Source: Octopus sinensis
Taxonomy: Eukaryota
NCBI RefSeq assembly: GCF_006345805.1
Contig: NC_043003.1
Coordinates: forward strand, 29,512,001-29,576,000
Length of the DNA stretch: 64,000 nt
Direction of reading: 5' to 3'
The stretch's first letter is position 1. Each line of letters begins with the position of its first letter. Below are positions 1-13,214 of the stretch, piece after piece. The notes beneath the pieces are model-generated. The model was not told the DNA's origin and did no database searches. It saw nothing but the letters and a program-made list of their open reading frames with translations. The position numbers and the translations under genes were made by a program.

Positions 1-89
1 AGCCTGATTTTGCGAATCCAGGCCACTACATCGCCTTCGCCATTAAAAGGTCTGACGACGTCACTGGCAATCCTAATTTTTGCAGACAT
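1..89 (-). CDS. Gypsy gag N-terminus (partial)
   Basis: Manual translation gives MSAKIRIASDVVRPFNGEGDVVAWIRKIRL, matching the PFxGEGDVVAWxxK start typical of invertebrate Gypsy Gag proteins. The frame is open to the window edge and too short for the ORF track. Confidence 0.75.
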   Translation of the reverse strand, partial: MSAKIRIASDVVRPFNGEGDVVAWIRKIR

Positions 90-464
90 CGTGCTGAAAA
101 AAATGTAAATGTTTAAGAACGGCCGAAATAGCTTGTAGTGAGTGCGCGATTTGAATATAGAGGCACCTACCTTCTCTTCGCAGTGACGGAGACCCTTCAG
201 TGATGACTAGTCCTTCCTCACAGCCCCGACCCGAACACTAACGATAGCAGCTGCTAGCCCAAACCCTTAGCGACGTCCTCACACGTCTTGTCCCCTGCAT
301 GACCCACGTTGGAAAGGGCGCAATTTCCGCTCCCTGCGCACGCCTGACGGCTGACCCCTTCCGCTTGCCCCAGCTTCCGGTCAACGCACCCGGCTGCTGA
401 CGTCATCCCACACATACAACAGCAGTCATACATTACACTACTGGGAGGAACCCATTTTACAACA
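1..464 (-). mobile_element. 5' end of a Gypsy-type LTR retrotransposon (LTR, primer-binding region, start of gag); continues off the left edge
   Basis: GC-rich island ending at a (TA)n tract. Minus-strand ATG at 89 opens a gag-like frame. The inner LTR boundary TGTAGTG at 134-140 reads CACTACA on the element strand. The outer boundary is either 442 (CACTACT) or 464 (TACAACA). Confidence 0.75.
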
Positions 465-469
465 GTATG

Positions 470-532
470 TATGTCTATATACATATATATGTATATATAT
501 ATATATATATATAATATATATATATATATATT

Positions 533-576
<44 letters not shown>

Positions 577-605
577 ATATGTATATATGTATATATATAT
601 ATGTA

Positions 606-669
<64 letters not shown>

Positions 670-690
670 TCTGTATATGTATGTATGCAT
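470..690. repeat. (TA)n microsatellite
   Basis: Direct reading; it produces the spurious YI/IY ORFs at 254-783. Confidence 0.95.
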
Positions 691-1040
691 CTTTGTATGT
701 GCGCCACATCACCTCATACTACACAGATGTGCCAATACAGTATCAGCACACATAGTATAAACCATAAACTGACATTTAGCTGATCTATATTTGACCTGAG
801 CCTAGTCCCAAGTCAATAACGTATTTACTACAAAACAAGCTACCTAAATGGACACCATCCATACATAGTAGTGAATAATAACATTAACTACTCAGCTAAA
901 TATGTAGACAACAGATCAATCACAAGCCATACCAAAAGTTAAAACTAATTTATTGTAAATTCTTAAAATATCTCTCTGCATTCACTTATCAACTAATCAC
1001 TAGTTTTAACATATTTGTACATTCATTAGCTCTCAAAAGA

Positions 1041-1155
1041 AACCTTCACAACAGGGATTTTCATGACAAGGCTCTTTACAACAGGGGACTTCACAACAGG
1101 GTCTTAAAAACAGGGACCTGCACAACAGGGACTTTTATAACAGAGCCCTTCACAA
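1041..1155. repeat. Degenerate ~17-bp minisatellite (core ACAACAGGGAC)
   Basis: About 7 imperfect copies of cacaacagggact-like units. Confidence 0.7.
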
Positions 1156-3483
1156 GCATTTTTGCAAAGAATTTACATATGAATTGCTTCTAAACTTTTC
1201 TATAGAAAATCTCATCACAGGAAATTTTGACTTCAAACAAGACATTAAACTGCATCTTCTGGTGGAGCTCTAGCTCAGGAATTCGGAAGTTCTGTGGAGT
1301 GTGGAGTAACTCATTAGCTACTACTACTCCCAAGTTTACTCTGGCTTGAGATGGTAATAGTTGTAAAGGGCCCCATTTATGCATCAAGCAACAGAAGATG
1401 GTCCTGTAGCTGGGCATACTGAACTCAGAGGAGTGCCGACCCTTAGTTATGTATTACATTAGTCCACTAGTAAGTGGACATACACTGATGTCACATAAAC
1501 TTTTCCCCCCTGCTTCAGGGTTATATAGGTCCTGGACCTCAAAGGTAAGCTTGGAAGAATAAGAAACTAGTTGAGTGAACAGTATATAAGCCAACACAAG
1601 GCAACAGAAAACCATTATTATATCTTGCCAAAGAAAAGTCATGAGTCTCCTGCCTTTAGATGTCCATAATTACTGATCCTGTAGGTACAGAACATGAAGA
1701 GAGAAAAGAAAATGTTTATAAAGTTTTCAAACATTTTTATATTTTGATAATTTTTCTTTACATATATCCATTTATGAAACCTACGATTCCTACCAAGTTG
1801 TTTGCAGCAGTTAATTTTGTCCCTGTGTACAAATAAAAAAATTTCAAATGTCACAGAATGTAACACCTATGTTGAAACTCTGGGTGACAATCTTCACAGC
1901 TTAAATGTTTAATAAATGTTATTTCACTCTTTAGAACAATATTGAGTACTTTCTTTCACTTACAGTTTACATCAGTATCATAATACCATCAATTATATAA
2001 ATGCATACACATATGTATATGTGCATAGGTGTGTGTTTATTAAATCTGTTTGAACACATTTTGTGTTAGAATTATGGAATTTTCAAGTTAAAGTTGAAAT
2101 TAACAAGAAATTCCTTTGCAAGATGGAGAAATATTTTTTATGAATGAGTCAGAAGAGAGTTCAAAATTTAATTCTGTAATAAGTTAAGTGAGAAGAAACA
2201 GAACCCATATACCTTGCTGGTCTCCTCAGATTTTTGAAATTGATTTGGTTAGTGTTCTGATTAAACTATTTGCAAGGTGATGTCCAAAGAAAAAGATTCT
2301 AATGGGTAAACAAATAAAGAAGCCCATCCAGAATGAGAGATTAGACCAAAGCTACTGAACTACAATATACAAGAGGGACTGAGTGGTAGGTGTTGAGATG
2401 TATTAAAATGTTGGTTTGCCTGTGCAGGAAACAAAATTTGTTTGAAATGGAGAAAATGAGTGCAGTAACAAGAAAACAAAAAGTTTCTTTGAATTCGTTT
2501 TAATAGAATTTCAATGACAACAAGGAAGAATCAAATAAATGTTTTCTAAAGGATTACAACAATGATTACCGCAAATGGTGGGCTGTGAGAATAGTGTGTG
2601 GTAGTAGTCCTGGTAGTGGTGTACGTGATTTGATAGGATATGATGTAATGTGGGCATGGTGTCTTTGGTGCTGGTGTTTGTTTATGTGTGTTTGCTTGCT
2701 TATGTAGTGTGTGTGTGTGAGGGAGTGTTTTCTCACTTATTCAGTGCATGTGTGTGTATGTGTATGTGTGTGTATGAAAATATGTGTATTAGGTGTGCAT
2801 GTTTGCTCTTTACAGTAAACATTAAACAGCATCCAGTGATTAAACACCAGCTTGAGAGTTCAGGAGTCCTAGGGAGAATGTAGTTACCCCTTAATCAACA
2901 CTATTCCTAGGCCCATTCCTAGGGATGATTGCACTTGTCAAGGGCCCCAATTTACATGTCATCAAATGGCAGAAGATGATCTTATGAATAAGACACAGGA
3001 CTCACAGGAAGACAGGTGCCTACATGCATGTCACACAACATCTCCAGTATCTAGACATTGCCTGACATCACATGAATTGGTCCCTCTGACCTTGTACCTC
3101 AAAGGTATGCTTGGGAGAGTGGGAGACTCACAGAATGAACTATATGTAAATTGACACAAGGTAACAAGAACCCCCTGCAGGACCTTCTCCGAGAAAAATC
3201 AAGAATATTTGGATTTGGTATGGAGGTTCATGATCACTGATGTCTCTAGGCATGGCACTTAAAAGATGTTGTGCATGCATGATGGATATCAAGATGCTGT
3301 TTCTGTTGCTGCTATCATTGCTGTTGTTGCTCTTTATCTCCAGATCAAAGATGATTAGACAGATTTATGATCAAAATTATTCCACCTATGGCCAATCCAT
3401 TATTTTTAAGACAGTGCTGTGTGAGACAATAGTGGCTAAGAGGTGGTTCCAAATTCCTCAAGATTAAAGAGTCCTCACGCGTA

Positions 3484-3670
3484 GATGTAGGAGTGGCTGT
3501 GTAGTAAGTAGCTTGCTTACCAACCACATGGTTCTGGGTAGTCCCACTGCGTGGCACCTTGAGCAAGTGTCTTCTACTATAGCCTCGGGCCAACCAAAGC
3601 CTTGCGAGTGGATTTGGTAGATGGAAACTGAAAGAAGCCCATCATATATATGTATGTATATATATATATA

Positions 3671-3710
<40 letters not shown>

Positions 3711-3910
3711 TGTTTGTGTGTTTGTGTTTGTTCCCCCAACATTACTTGACAACCAATGCTGGTGTGTTTACATCCCCATAACTTAGTAGTTCGGCAATAG
3801 AGACCAATAGAATAAGTACTAGGCTTACAAAGAATAAGTCCTGCGGTCGATTTGCTTGACTAAAGGCGGTGCTCCAGCATGACTAAAACAACTAAAAGAG
3901 TAAAAGAGTA
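3484..3910 (+). mobile_element. Abundant octopus-type tRNA-derived SINE (family 1)
   Basis: tRNA-like head with A box TGGCTGTGTAG and a B-box-like segment, central TA/TG run, and tail AAAAGAGTAAAAGAGT. Many other copies occur in the window (e.g. 13441, 18164, 45003, 50454). Confidence 0.85.
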
Positions 3911-4147
3911 AATACCCTAGTTTGTTTAGTTATTTGACACAAACTGTTATAGCATGTGAAAGGCTACTTATATCAAATTATTGGAATATGAATGATATAT
4001 TGCTAGAGGGTGAGCGATTCCTCGTTATTGGTGTACGTGCACTTTCGTTGGTTCTAACTGTATGTGGTTGATATTAGGTTGGTGTAGCTATGTGGTGTAG
4101 CTATGTGGTGTAACTATGTGATGTAACCATGTGGGTGTAACTATGAT

Positions 4148-4378
4148 GGCGGCGAGCTGGCAGAAACGTTAGCACGCTGGGCGAAATGCTAAGCGGTATT
4201 TCGTCTACCGTTATGTTCTGAGTTCAAATTCCGCCAAGGTCGACTTTGCCTTTCATCCTTTCGGGGTCGATAAATTAAAGACCAGTTACGCACTGGGATC
4301 GATAGAATCGACTTAATCCGTTTGTTTGTCCTTGTTTGTCCCCTCTATGTTTAGCTCCTTGTGGGTAATAAAGAAATA
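4148..4378 (+). mobile_element. tRNA-derived SINE (family 2, head GGCGGCGAGCTGGCAGAA)
   Basis: A box and GAGTTCAAATTCC B box. Degenerate relatives at ~38470, 39010, 42895 and 43130. Confidence 0.8.
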
Positions 4379-5616
4379 TATGTGGGTGTGTGTATGTATA
4401 TTTGTGTGCGTGTGTGTGTGTATTTGAGAGAGAGTTAAAAATCTGAGTGATGTAGCTGTATGTGGTTGATATCAAGGTGGTAAACGTGTGTGTGTGTGTT
4501 TGTGTGTGCATGTGTATGTGTGCACGCATGTGTATGTATGTGTGTGTGAGAGAGAGAAAGAAAGGGAGAGTGAAAGAGAGAGAGGGAGTTAAATATTTGG
4601 GTGATGTTGCTGTATATGGTTGATATCAAGGTTGTGTACCTGTGTGTGTGAGTGTGTGTGTACACGTGTGCATGTGTGTGTCTTATGTATATGTGTGTGT
4701 GTATGTGTTTTATGTATGTGTATGTATGTGTCTTATGTATGCGTGTGACAGAATCTGGGTGGTGTATCTGTGAGTGTGGTAGCTACCAGGGATGGTGTAC
4801 ATGTATGTGTGGTTGATCTCAAGATAGTGCAGCTGTGTGGAGGAGTATCAACTTCACAAAGGTGAGTAATGTAGATATCAGTGCGGTCTGTGTGGTTGAT
4901 ATCAGTGTAGTGTTGTTGTGTGTAGTTGCTATCAGTATGGTGTAGTTATGTCTGATATATATCAGGTTGATGTGTATAAGTGACATCAGGGGAGCATGTA
5001 TTGTGGTTACCAGCATGGTGCATGTGGGTGATATCAGGGTGAGACAGCTATGTGTGTGGTAAGTATCAGGGTGGTTTTGCTCTATCTAGTTGATATCAAG
5101 GTGATGTAGTTGTGTGTGGTAGATAACAGAGTGGCATGTGTATGCAATAGATAACAGAATGGTTTGTGTGTGGACATCAGGGTGGGGAGTACTGTATATA
5201 TCAGGGTGGTTAGTTGTTGTTATTTAATTCTAGAAAAAGCAGAACTATCAGCAAAGGTTTACCAGTCATTGAACCCTGTCTTGCTTTCAAGACTAATGTA
5301 CCTAGGATTACTCTACTCAGTGTGCTCTTCTTGAGTTTAAAACAGTGGGGTGTGATATGAGGAAGGTTTGGCTACTATTTGTACCCGGACAAGAAAACAC
5401 ACAGAGACTCCTCACTGCAATCAAAGTCATAACAAGGTGGTGTTAGTTGAGAGTGGTGACAGACAGTGACTATATATAACATATACTTCAGTTAAACACA
5501 CCTTTAGTCTAACTGACTCACTGAAAACTCCTTCCTTCACTATTTCCTTTCTCTGTGTCAACGTATTTAGTTATAAGATTAACTCTATGTACATGCATTC
5601 ATGCATATGTGTATGA

Positions 5617-5649
<33 letters not shown>

Positions 5650-5855
5650 TGTGTCTGTGTGTCTGTGTGTACATGTGTGATTGTGAGTTTAATATGGTTC
5701 ATTTTGTATATGTATTCTTGTGTATGTATGTGTGCATATATATGTATGCACACACACCTATATATATATAGTGCTCAAGAGGTCATATATATATGCATTC
5801 ATACCCATATATATATATGTATATATATATATAAAAATCAATATATATATATATA

Positions 5856-5922
<67 letters not shown>

Positions 5923-6079
5923 TCGTCAGGGTGGGCCAAAAGTCATGCTCAAAATAAGTTCAATATGCTCTGGAATTGTTAAAGGTATGCTTCAATTTTT
6001 CTAAAAGTAAATAAAATAAATAAAATACTGATGAGAATACGTATACTTGTACATGATGATCAAAATGAATATTAATAAC

Positions 6080-6132
<53 letters not shown>

Positions 6133-6319
6133 TAATAATAATAATAATAAAATAAATAAATATATAATAGCTGATAAAACTAATCTCGAGATCTCTAAAA
6201 AACCACAGGAAAGGAACAGTGATAGCTTACTTGATGATAGATATATAAATGATCTGGGAGAAGACAAAACTAATGGTGACATGACAGATGGGCAAAAGGC
6301 AATCTACGATAGAATAAAG

Positions 6320-7290
6320 GCAAGGCTACAGGGGAACTGTAAGAGAGATGGCAAGCTGTTTAGTCTGTCGAGTCTGAAAGTAAAATCCAGGATGTGCCAG
6401 GTACTCATCAGAGAAATGCTATTCACAAACAATGCAGCACTGACAGCACACTCTGAGGAGCAAATGTAACACCACATGGACAAACTTTCAAAGGCCTGTG
6501 AGAAATTCAGCCTGAAGAAGACACAAGTAATGGGCCAAAGTATCAAGCACCCCTACCCCCACTACCACCAGCACCACCATCGCCATCAACAACTACAAGC
6601 TGAAGGTAGTCCATCAATTCACCTATCTCGGCTCTACCATCACTGATGACCTCTCCCTTGGACCCTGAGATCAACAGGCAAATCGGACAAGCATCTTCCA
6701 CATTTGCCTGGCTCCCAAAGAGAGTCTGGGAAAGCAAAAAACTGGCAGCAATCACCAAAATTGCTGTCTATAAGGTGTGCATCCTTAGTATGTTACTTTA
6801 TGACAGTGAGATGTGGAGCCTCTACCCCAGACAGGAGTGATACCTCAACATCTTTCACCTTCATAATTTGAGACATATCTTGGATATCAAGTGGACTGGC
6901 CACATCACCAACACCGAAGTCCACAACTGAGTCAAGATACCCAGCATTCTCACCCTGCTCCAGCAGCGTTATTTATGCTGGCTCATCATGTACATCACAT
7001 GCTGGATGAAAGGATCCCAAAAGTCCTCCTGTATGGGGAATTTGCTATGGCACAAGAGCATAAGGACAACCTCATCTTCATTTCAAGGACGTTTGTAAGA
7101 GGGATACAAAGTCACTTGATCTGGACGTCCTGAGATGGGAGGAGGTTGCAAATGATTGCCCACACTGGAGACAAATACTGTGAAATGGGATGAAGAGAGT
7201 AGAAGAAAAATATGAACTTGCCACCAAAGAAAATGGACACACCACCATCAGCAGTCTACATAATTTCTACAGGCACAGATCCATGGCTTC
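6320..7290 (+). mobile_element. Degenerate RTE (BovB-like) LINE, reverse-transcriptase C-terminal fragment
   Basis: Frames give LIREMLFTNNAALTAHSEEQ, FTYLGSTITDDLSLDPEINRQIGQASSTF and AVYKVCILSMLLY, which are RTE RT motifs; multiple stops and frameshifts. Confidence 0.85.
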
Positions 7291-8780
7291 TCAAGACCAA
7301 TGGATGCTTACTACTACATACTTTTAAGCCTGGTAATTTTTCTTTTGGTCTCTTTTGCTAAACTGCTAAGTTATGGCAATGTAAATACTCTGAGATCAGT
7401 CATCAAGCAGTGGTTGTGGACAAACACACACATACATACATACAATGGGCTTCTTTCAGTTACTGTTTTCCAAATCCACTTACAAGGCTTTGGTTGATTC
7501 AAGACTGTAGTAGAAGACACTTGCCCAAGGTGCTATGTAGTGGGACTAAATCGAGACCTTGTGGTTGAGAAGCAAATATTTTACCACAGAGACATACCTG
7601 CAACTATGTATGCAAATAGTGTAAAAACTGTTTGCTGGTGTGCAAAAGCATCATACAAGGAAAGCAAAATTCAAATTTCGTGTCTGAAGCACTGTAATAA
7701 TGTATGTATTATTGATATCACATATGGGGTGCATGTGCATTAGTAAATGCTACAAAGCTGTGGTATTTCTCCATTAAAGATGATGATGATCATCATCATC
7801 ATCATGATCATGATCATGATGACGACGACGATGACGATGATGACAACGACGACGACGACAAGGATGATGATGACAATGGTCAAGATGATAACAATGTTGA
7901 TGATGATGATGTCAATGATGATGATGTCAATGATAATGGTGGCTTATTACTAATAACACCCAACATTTTAATATACATAATGTGAAATTTGTATGCATGT
8001 TATGCATGTGAATGAAAAAATAATGGATTCACAAAAGCTGAAATATTTCATGTAAAATTAAATGTAATCCCCAGGTACAATGGTAAAAAATGCTCAGAAA
8101 AGAAGTTGAGAATGAAAAATATTTTATTAAATGTAGATCTTAAAACACATAGCCTTCTACTGCCACAAGAAAATTCCCCATTGAGAACTGCAAAAAAGAT
8201 CTGGAATATTCCCTGAGACTGACAGGTGTAAAAATTAATCTTTTCTTTCTGACTATTGATTCCTATCAAAAACTGGCATAAAAGATGACTGACCAGAAAA
8301 AATATCAGTAAGGTTTATAACAAGAGTTCAGGGATATAGTCAAAAGTAACTCTGGTCATGTGTCTAAATCTTTCGTCACATCCCCTGTAATCTCTCCAGT
8401 GACTTGCTATCCCCTGTGTCTCCTCCTGTTCTGTTTACAAAGGATTTTTTTGATTTTCAAACTTAACCCTTTAGTATTCAAATTGGCCCTTTCAGACCCT
8501 AATAGTTTCCTTATGATCAAACCAGCAAGATCAGGCTTCTCGTATCTGTCCTACCATGTCATTCTTAAAATAAACAATCACATCATTGATATCTCAAAGC
8601 TACAAGATAATATATGATATATTCAAAACAAGCATTTCATTTGACCAAGTAATCTAATTGCTAAAGGATTAAATATAAATGCTACAGGACTAAATTGAAG
8701 CTAAAATATTAAATATTCCATCTTCAAATTCAAGAAAGATTATCTGCTACAACTACATCTGATCTTTCTATCCTCTAGTC

Positions 8781-9063
8781 CAGGACTTCTCAACCAGGGT
8801 CCATATGGAACTTGGGAGCTCAAATAAGATTTTGGGGGTCCATAGATGCGACATAATTATGTTTTAGACCAGTAAAGTTTATGTGCAATAAACTGGTCAA
8901 ATGCCCACAATACTATTTTAACAATTTTTCCATTCAATTTCTAAAAATATTTAATTATAAAACTACAAAAGGATTTTTTAAACATCAAATGGCTATGGGG
9001 GTCCACCCAAGTAAAATAGGAATCAAAGGGGTCCATAGGTAAAAAAATGATTGAGAACCCTTG
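8781..9063. mobile_element. hAT (Charlie-type) MITE
   Basis: TIRs CAGGACTTCTCAAC / ATTGAGAACCCTTG. The 8-bp TSD ctctagtc (8773-8780) / ctctagcc (9064-9071) matches the Charlie-type TCTAG target. Confidence 0.8.
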
Positions 9064-10629
9064 CTCTAGCCACTACCCTTACATATGAGACTCTCTGACT
9101 ATCATCACCACTACCAGCATCACAGTACACTATATCTCCCTGCTAGACAAGAAACCCTCTGATCACTACTGCATTGCTACATGTGATTCTTCTCTCCTTC
9201 TCTCACTCTTACATTACTGTATGAACTTGGTAATGAGGCAGTCTCTATTCTGTTCTTTGACCAGCTAGAAATCACAGCCTATTGCTTTGAAAAAAAAGGA
9301 AAGATATATTGTACAATGTAATGTCTAATATACAAGAAAATGAAATGGCCACAATGGGTATGTTTTTAATTATGACTGCAGCAGCAATAACGAAGAAGAT
9401 AAAGATGACAAACCAGTGCCAAACACATTTTCTGATTATTCAGTTCAGCTAACTTGGTCAGATGTACCCTAACTGCCCTTGTCAGTAAAGGTCAAAATGT
9501 AAACATAACTCGATTTTAACCTCTCCATCCCACACACTGCAAAATATTGTACACCTTTACCTCCCAACCATCTTCCCATACCATAGACAAGACTATGGAT
9601 ACTAACTTACTTGACAACAGGTAAGAAAAAAATGGCAATATGATGTGTGTATGTGTGTGTGTGTGTGTGTCTTTGTGTGTATGTATGTATGTATGTATGT
9701 ATGTATATATGGGTGCGTATATGTACATATGCAGTTGTAAGTGCCAATGATTAGGTAGCTGTATGTGTACATATGTATGTATATATGTATGTTTGTAGAC
9801 AGGTAGGCAGGTAGGTATGTAGGTAGGTAGGTAGGTAGGTGAGTAGGTAGGTAGGAAGGTGGGTAAGTAGGTAGATATGTACATGTGTATGTACATGAGA
9901 AAGAAAGAGAGAGAGAGGGAGAATGTGTGCGAGAATATGTGTGCGGTATGTTTGTGTGTGAGAATTTGTGTTTTGTGAGTATGTATATGTGTAGGTGTGT
10001 GTATGTGTGAGAGAATATGTGTGTTTGTGTGTATGTGGGACCTTAGAATATGTAAATTGATGAATTAATTGGAAACTAACAGGTAAAAACAGCAAATCAT
10101 GTAGGAAATGGGAAGGAAATGAGACATACATATGTCATCTCCAAGGATTGTATCATAGAATAGGATATGATGTCAGAAAATTGCAAAATACTTAATTAAT
10201 TTCTTAGTAATTGAGTATTTGACATCATATCCTGTCCTCTGATACTATTTTCTTTTTAATTATGCTAATATTCACTCTTATACATTATTGTACATCTACT
10301 TCAGAATTCTCTAATCAATACTTTGGTAAACATAACAAAATTAGTTCATCTCAGTGTGTGTGGGTGTTATTCTGTCCTTACGTTCTGTGATAGTTGTATG
10401 ACATTGTGTGATAGTTGTAAGCAAGTGCCACTGTCAATCAAGCAGTGTCCTTTGTTTCCAGTCTTCCATGAAAATATTTCTGGTCATGGAGAAATATTAC
10501 CTTACCTTTGGAAACGGGTGAATGTTGGCAACAGGAAGGGCACCTGGCCACAGAAAATTCACCTCAACAAATTCCATCCAATTCATGGGAAACATGGAAA
10601 AGCAAACATTAGATATATCATCATTATCC

Positions 10630-11045
10630 TCATTGTCAGTGATAGTGCTGGTGGCAGAGGCGGCGGAAGAGGCGGTGGCAGAGGTGGCAGCAGAGGTAGT
10701 GGCAGAAGTGGAGGCAGTGGCAGAGGTAGTGGCATTGGTAGAGGCAGCAAAGTGGAGGCAGTGGCAGTGGAGGTGGCGGTAGAACTGGAGGTGACGGTGG
10801 CAGTGGAGGCTGTGGTGGCAGAACGGCAGTGGCAACAGAGGGAGCAGTGGGGTAGAAGCAGCAGCAGTGGAGGTGGTAGAGGCGGCAGATGTGACAGCGG
10901 GGGAGGATATGATGGCGGCAATGGCTGCAATGGCAGCAGCAGATGCAACGACAGCAGTAGATGCGATGACAGTGGTGGACGCAATGGTGGTGGCAGACAC
11001 GACGGTAATGGAGGTGGCAGCAGAGGTGGCAGAAGTGATAGTGAG
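10630..11045. repeat. GC-rich purine low-complexity repeat (GGCAGAGGT/GGT-type)
   Basis: Direct reading; it explains the overlapping Gly/Ala/Pro ORFs in several frames. Confidence 0.8.
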
Positions 11046-11334
11046 GAGCAGTGTCATCATAGTTTTAACATCCACTTTTCCATTTTTGTATGAGTCATGC
11101 AGAGTTTATTTTTTTATATGTCATTCAAGTCACAAGCCCTCACTTATTTCCAAACTATCTCCATAGCCAGACATATTTTTGTAGGATACTGGAAATGAAC
11201 AGCGCTCACTGGGAGAAGGATGAAGGTTGGTGACAGGAAGGGCATCAAACCATAGAATTTCTGCTTCAGAAAATTCTATCAACTAATGATGATGATGATG
11301 ATGATGTTGATAATGATGCATGCTTTATATTACT

Positions 11335-11585
11335 GTCCCAAGTCCTGGAACCCATAGGATGGGTTACCTGGTTTCCATAGTGTATAAGTGACTGAGATCA
11401 CAATATACCCCTGAGTGGGACACTAGTTCATTGTAGAGTTACCTGTTTAGTGCTGAGTGGACTGGGACAATATGAAATGAAGTGTTTTCTTCAACAACAC
11501 AATGTGATGCACAATCTGGGAATTGAAACCACAATCTTGCAGTCATGAGTGTTACACACCAACCACTAAGCCATGTGCCTTCAAA
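11335..11585 (-). mobile_element. Degenerate tRNA-head SINE with CORE-like central domain
   Basis: Minus strand shows TGGCTTAGTGG (A box) and a B-box-like GGTTTCAATTCC, followed by a segment resembling TGTTG..GAAAACACTTCATTTC. Relatives at ~15230-15400 and 36180-36295. Confidence 0.5.
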
Positions 11586-12423
11586 CAGACACGCACACAC
11601 TCATAAACACTCACACATACAAATATAGACACACACACTCACACACAAAGACACCCACATACACAGTCACACATGGCCACTCACACACATACACCTAAAT
11701 ACAGACATTCACACACACACACTCATAGATACCCCCCACACACTCACACACACTCATAGATACCCCCACACACACTCACACACACTTACACACACATTCA
11801 CACAAATACACACATTCACACACACAAACACACTCACACACCCACAACATACCCACACACATAGACACTCACACATGCACATGCTCCCACACAGACACTC
11901 ACACACCCTCACATACCCAAACACAGACACTCATACACACACACTCATAGACACTCACATACACACACACTCACACACACATACACACACTCAGACACAC
12001 TCACACACACAAATACACATTCATAGGTACTCACGCACACTCATAAATACTCTCTCACACACACACACACATGCACAAACATAAACACCCACACATACAC
12101 ACATACACACTCATACACACACGCATAGACATTCACCCTCCCCCACACACACACATACATTAAAGAATTCAAAGGTTGATGACTGCTTTATCTTACTGCT
12201 TTGTCTGACAACATTCTGGCAACATTCCATTTGCCAGAAACCTAATTGCAGCCTTTGCTTGACTCAGGACAGTAGCTCCATCAGAGAGATGCCACGATAG
12301 ATATTATTATAACTGCACAAATGACAACTTCATCTGTTAACCATCTTGGAATTTCTGCAGTTGTTACGGCATCAGCAATTACAGTAGTTTGTAACATAGA
12401 CACCAAACCATACATTGTTGTTG

Positions 12424-12455
<32 letters not shown>

Positions 12456-12782
12456 GGTGGTGGTCATTTATATACCCTCTCCACTTATCATTAATAACAA
12501 TAATAACAATAAAAAATACCCTACACCCCATCATCACCATTGTCATTGTTGTCATCATCAATTAACGTTTGTCCTCCAGGTTGGTATGAGATGGATGGTC
12601 CAACAGGATCCAACGAACCAGAAAACTGCAGAATCTGGTTGGGTGACATCATTTATTTTTGCCATCTACCATGGATTTGATCTCTGTTACTTATTTAATG
12701 TTTGAGAATATTTTTGCTAGCTTTACACACAAGAACATCACTTTGTTTATGAAGACTATTGCATTTTCTTCCATTCCAAATC

Positions 12783-13214
12783 TGGTTGGTTGGTCGGTTG
12801 CTTGCTTGCTTACTTCTTCGTTAGTTGATCAGTCAGATGGTCAATTGGTTGGTCGGTCAGTCGGTTGGTTGGTTGGTTGGTTGATTGACTGGCTGCTTGC
12901 TTGGTTAGTGGGTTAGTTTGTTGGCTGGTCGGTTGGTTTGTTGGTTGGTTAGTTGGTTGGTTGGTTGGTTGGTTGGTTGGTTGATTGGTTGATTGGTTGG
13001 TTAGTTGATTGGCTGACTGGCAGGTTGCTTGCTTGGTTAATGTGTTGGTTGGTTGGTTGGTTGGTTGGTTGGTTGGTTGGCTGGTTGGCTAGTTGGCTGG
13101 TTGGATGTTTGCTTGATTAGTGGGTTGGTTGGTTGGTTGGTTGGTTGGTTGGTTGGTTGGTTGGTTGGTTGGTTGGTTGACTGATTTGTTTGTTGGCTGG
13201 TTGGTTGATTGGTT
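12783..13214. repeat. (TTGG)n tetranucleotide microsatellite
   Basis: Direct reading. Confidence 0.95.

Noticed and set aside
254-783. ORFs of 60-152 aa rich in YI/IY
   Set aside because: Translations of (TA)n; the same applies to the many HT/CV/YI/NN/II/LL ORFs across the window.
6047-6330. Poly-N ORF leading into the RTE fragment
   Set aside because: It starts in (AAT)n. The short unique part might be a LINE remnant, but I could not assign it.
10323-11166. 256-aa Gly/Ser-rich ORF and overlapping Pro/Ala-rich ORFs
   Set aside because: Open in several frames on both strands because of a low-complexity repeat; the front part is a degenerate SINE/RTE tail.
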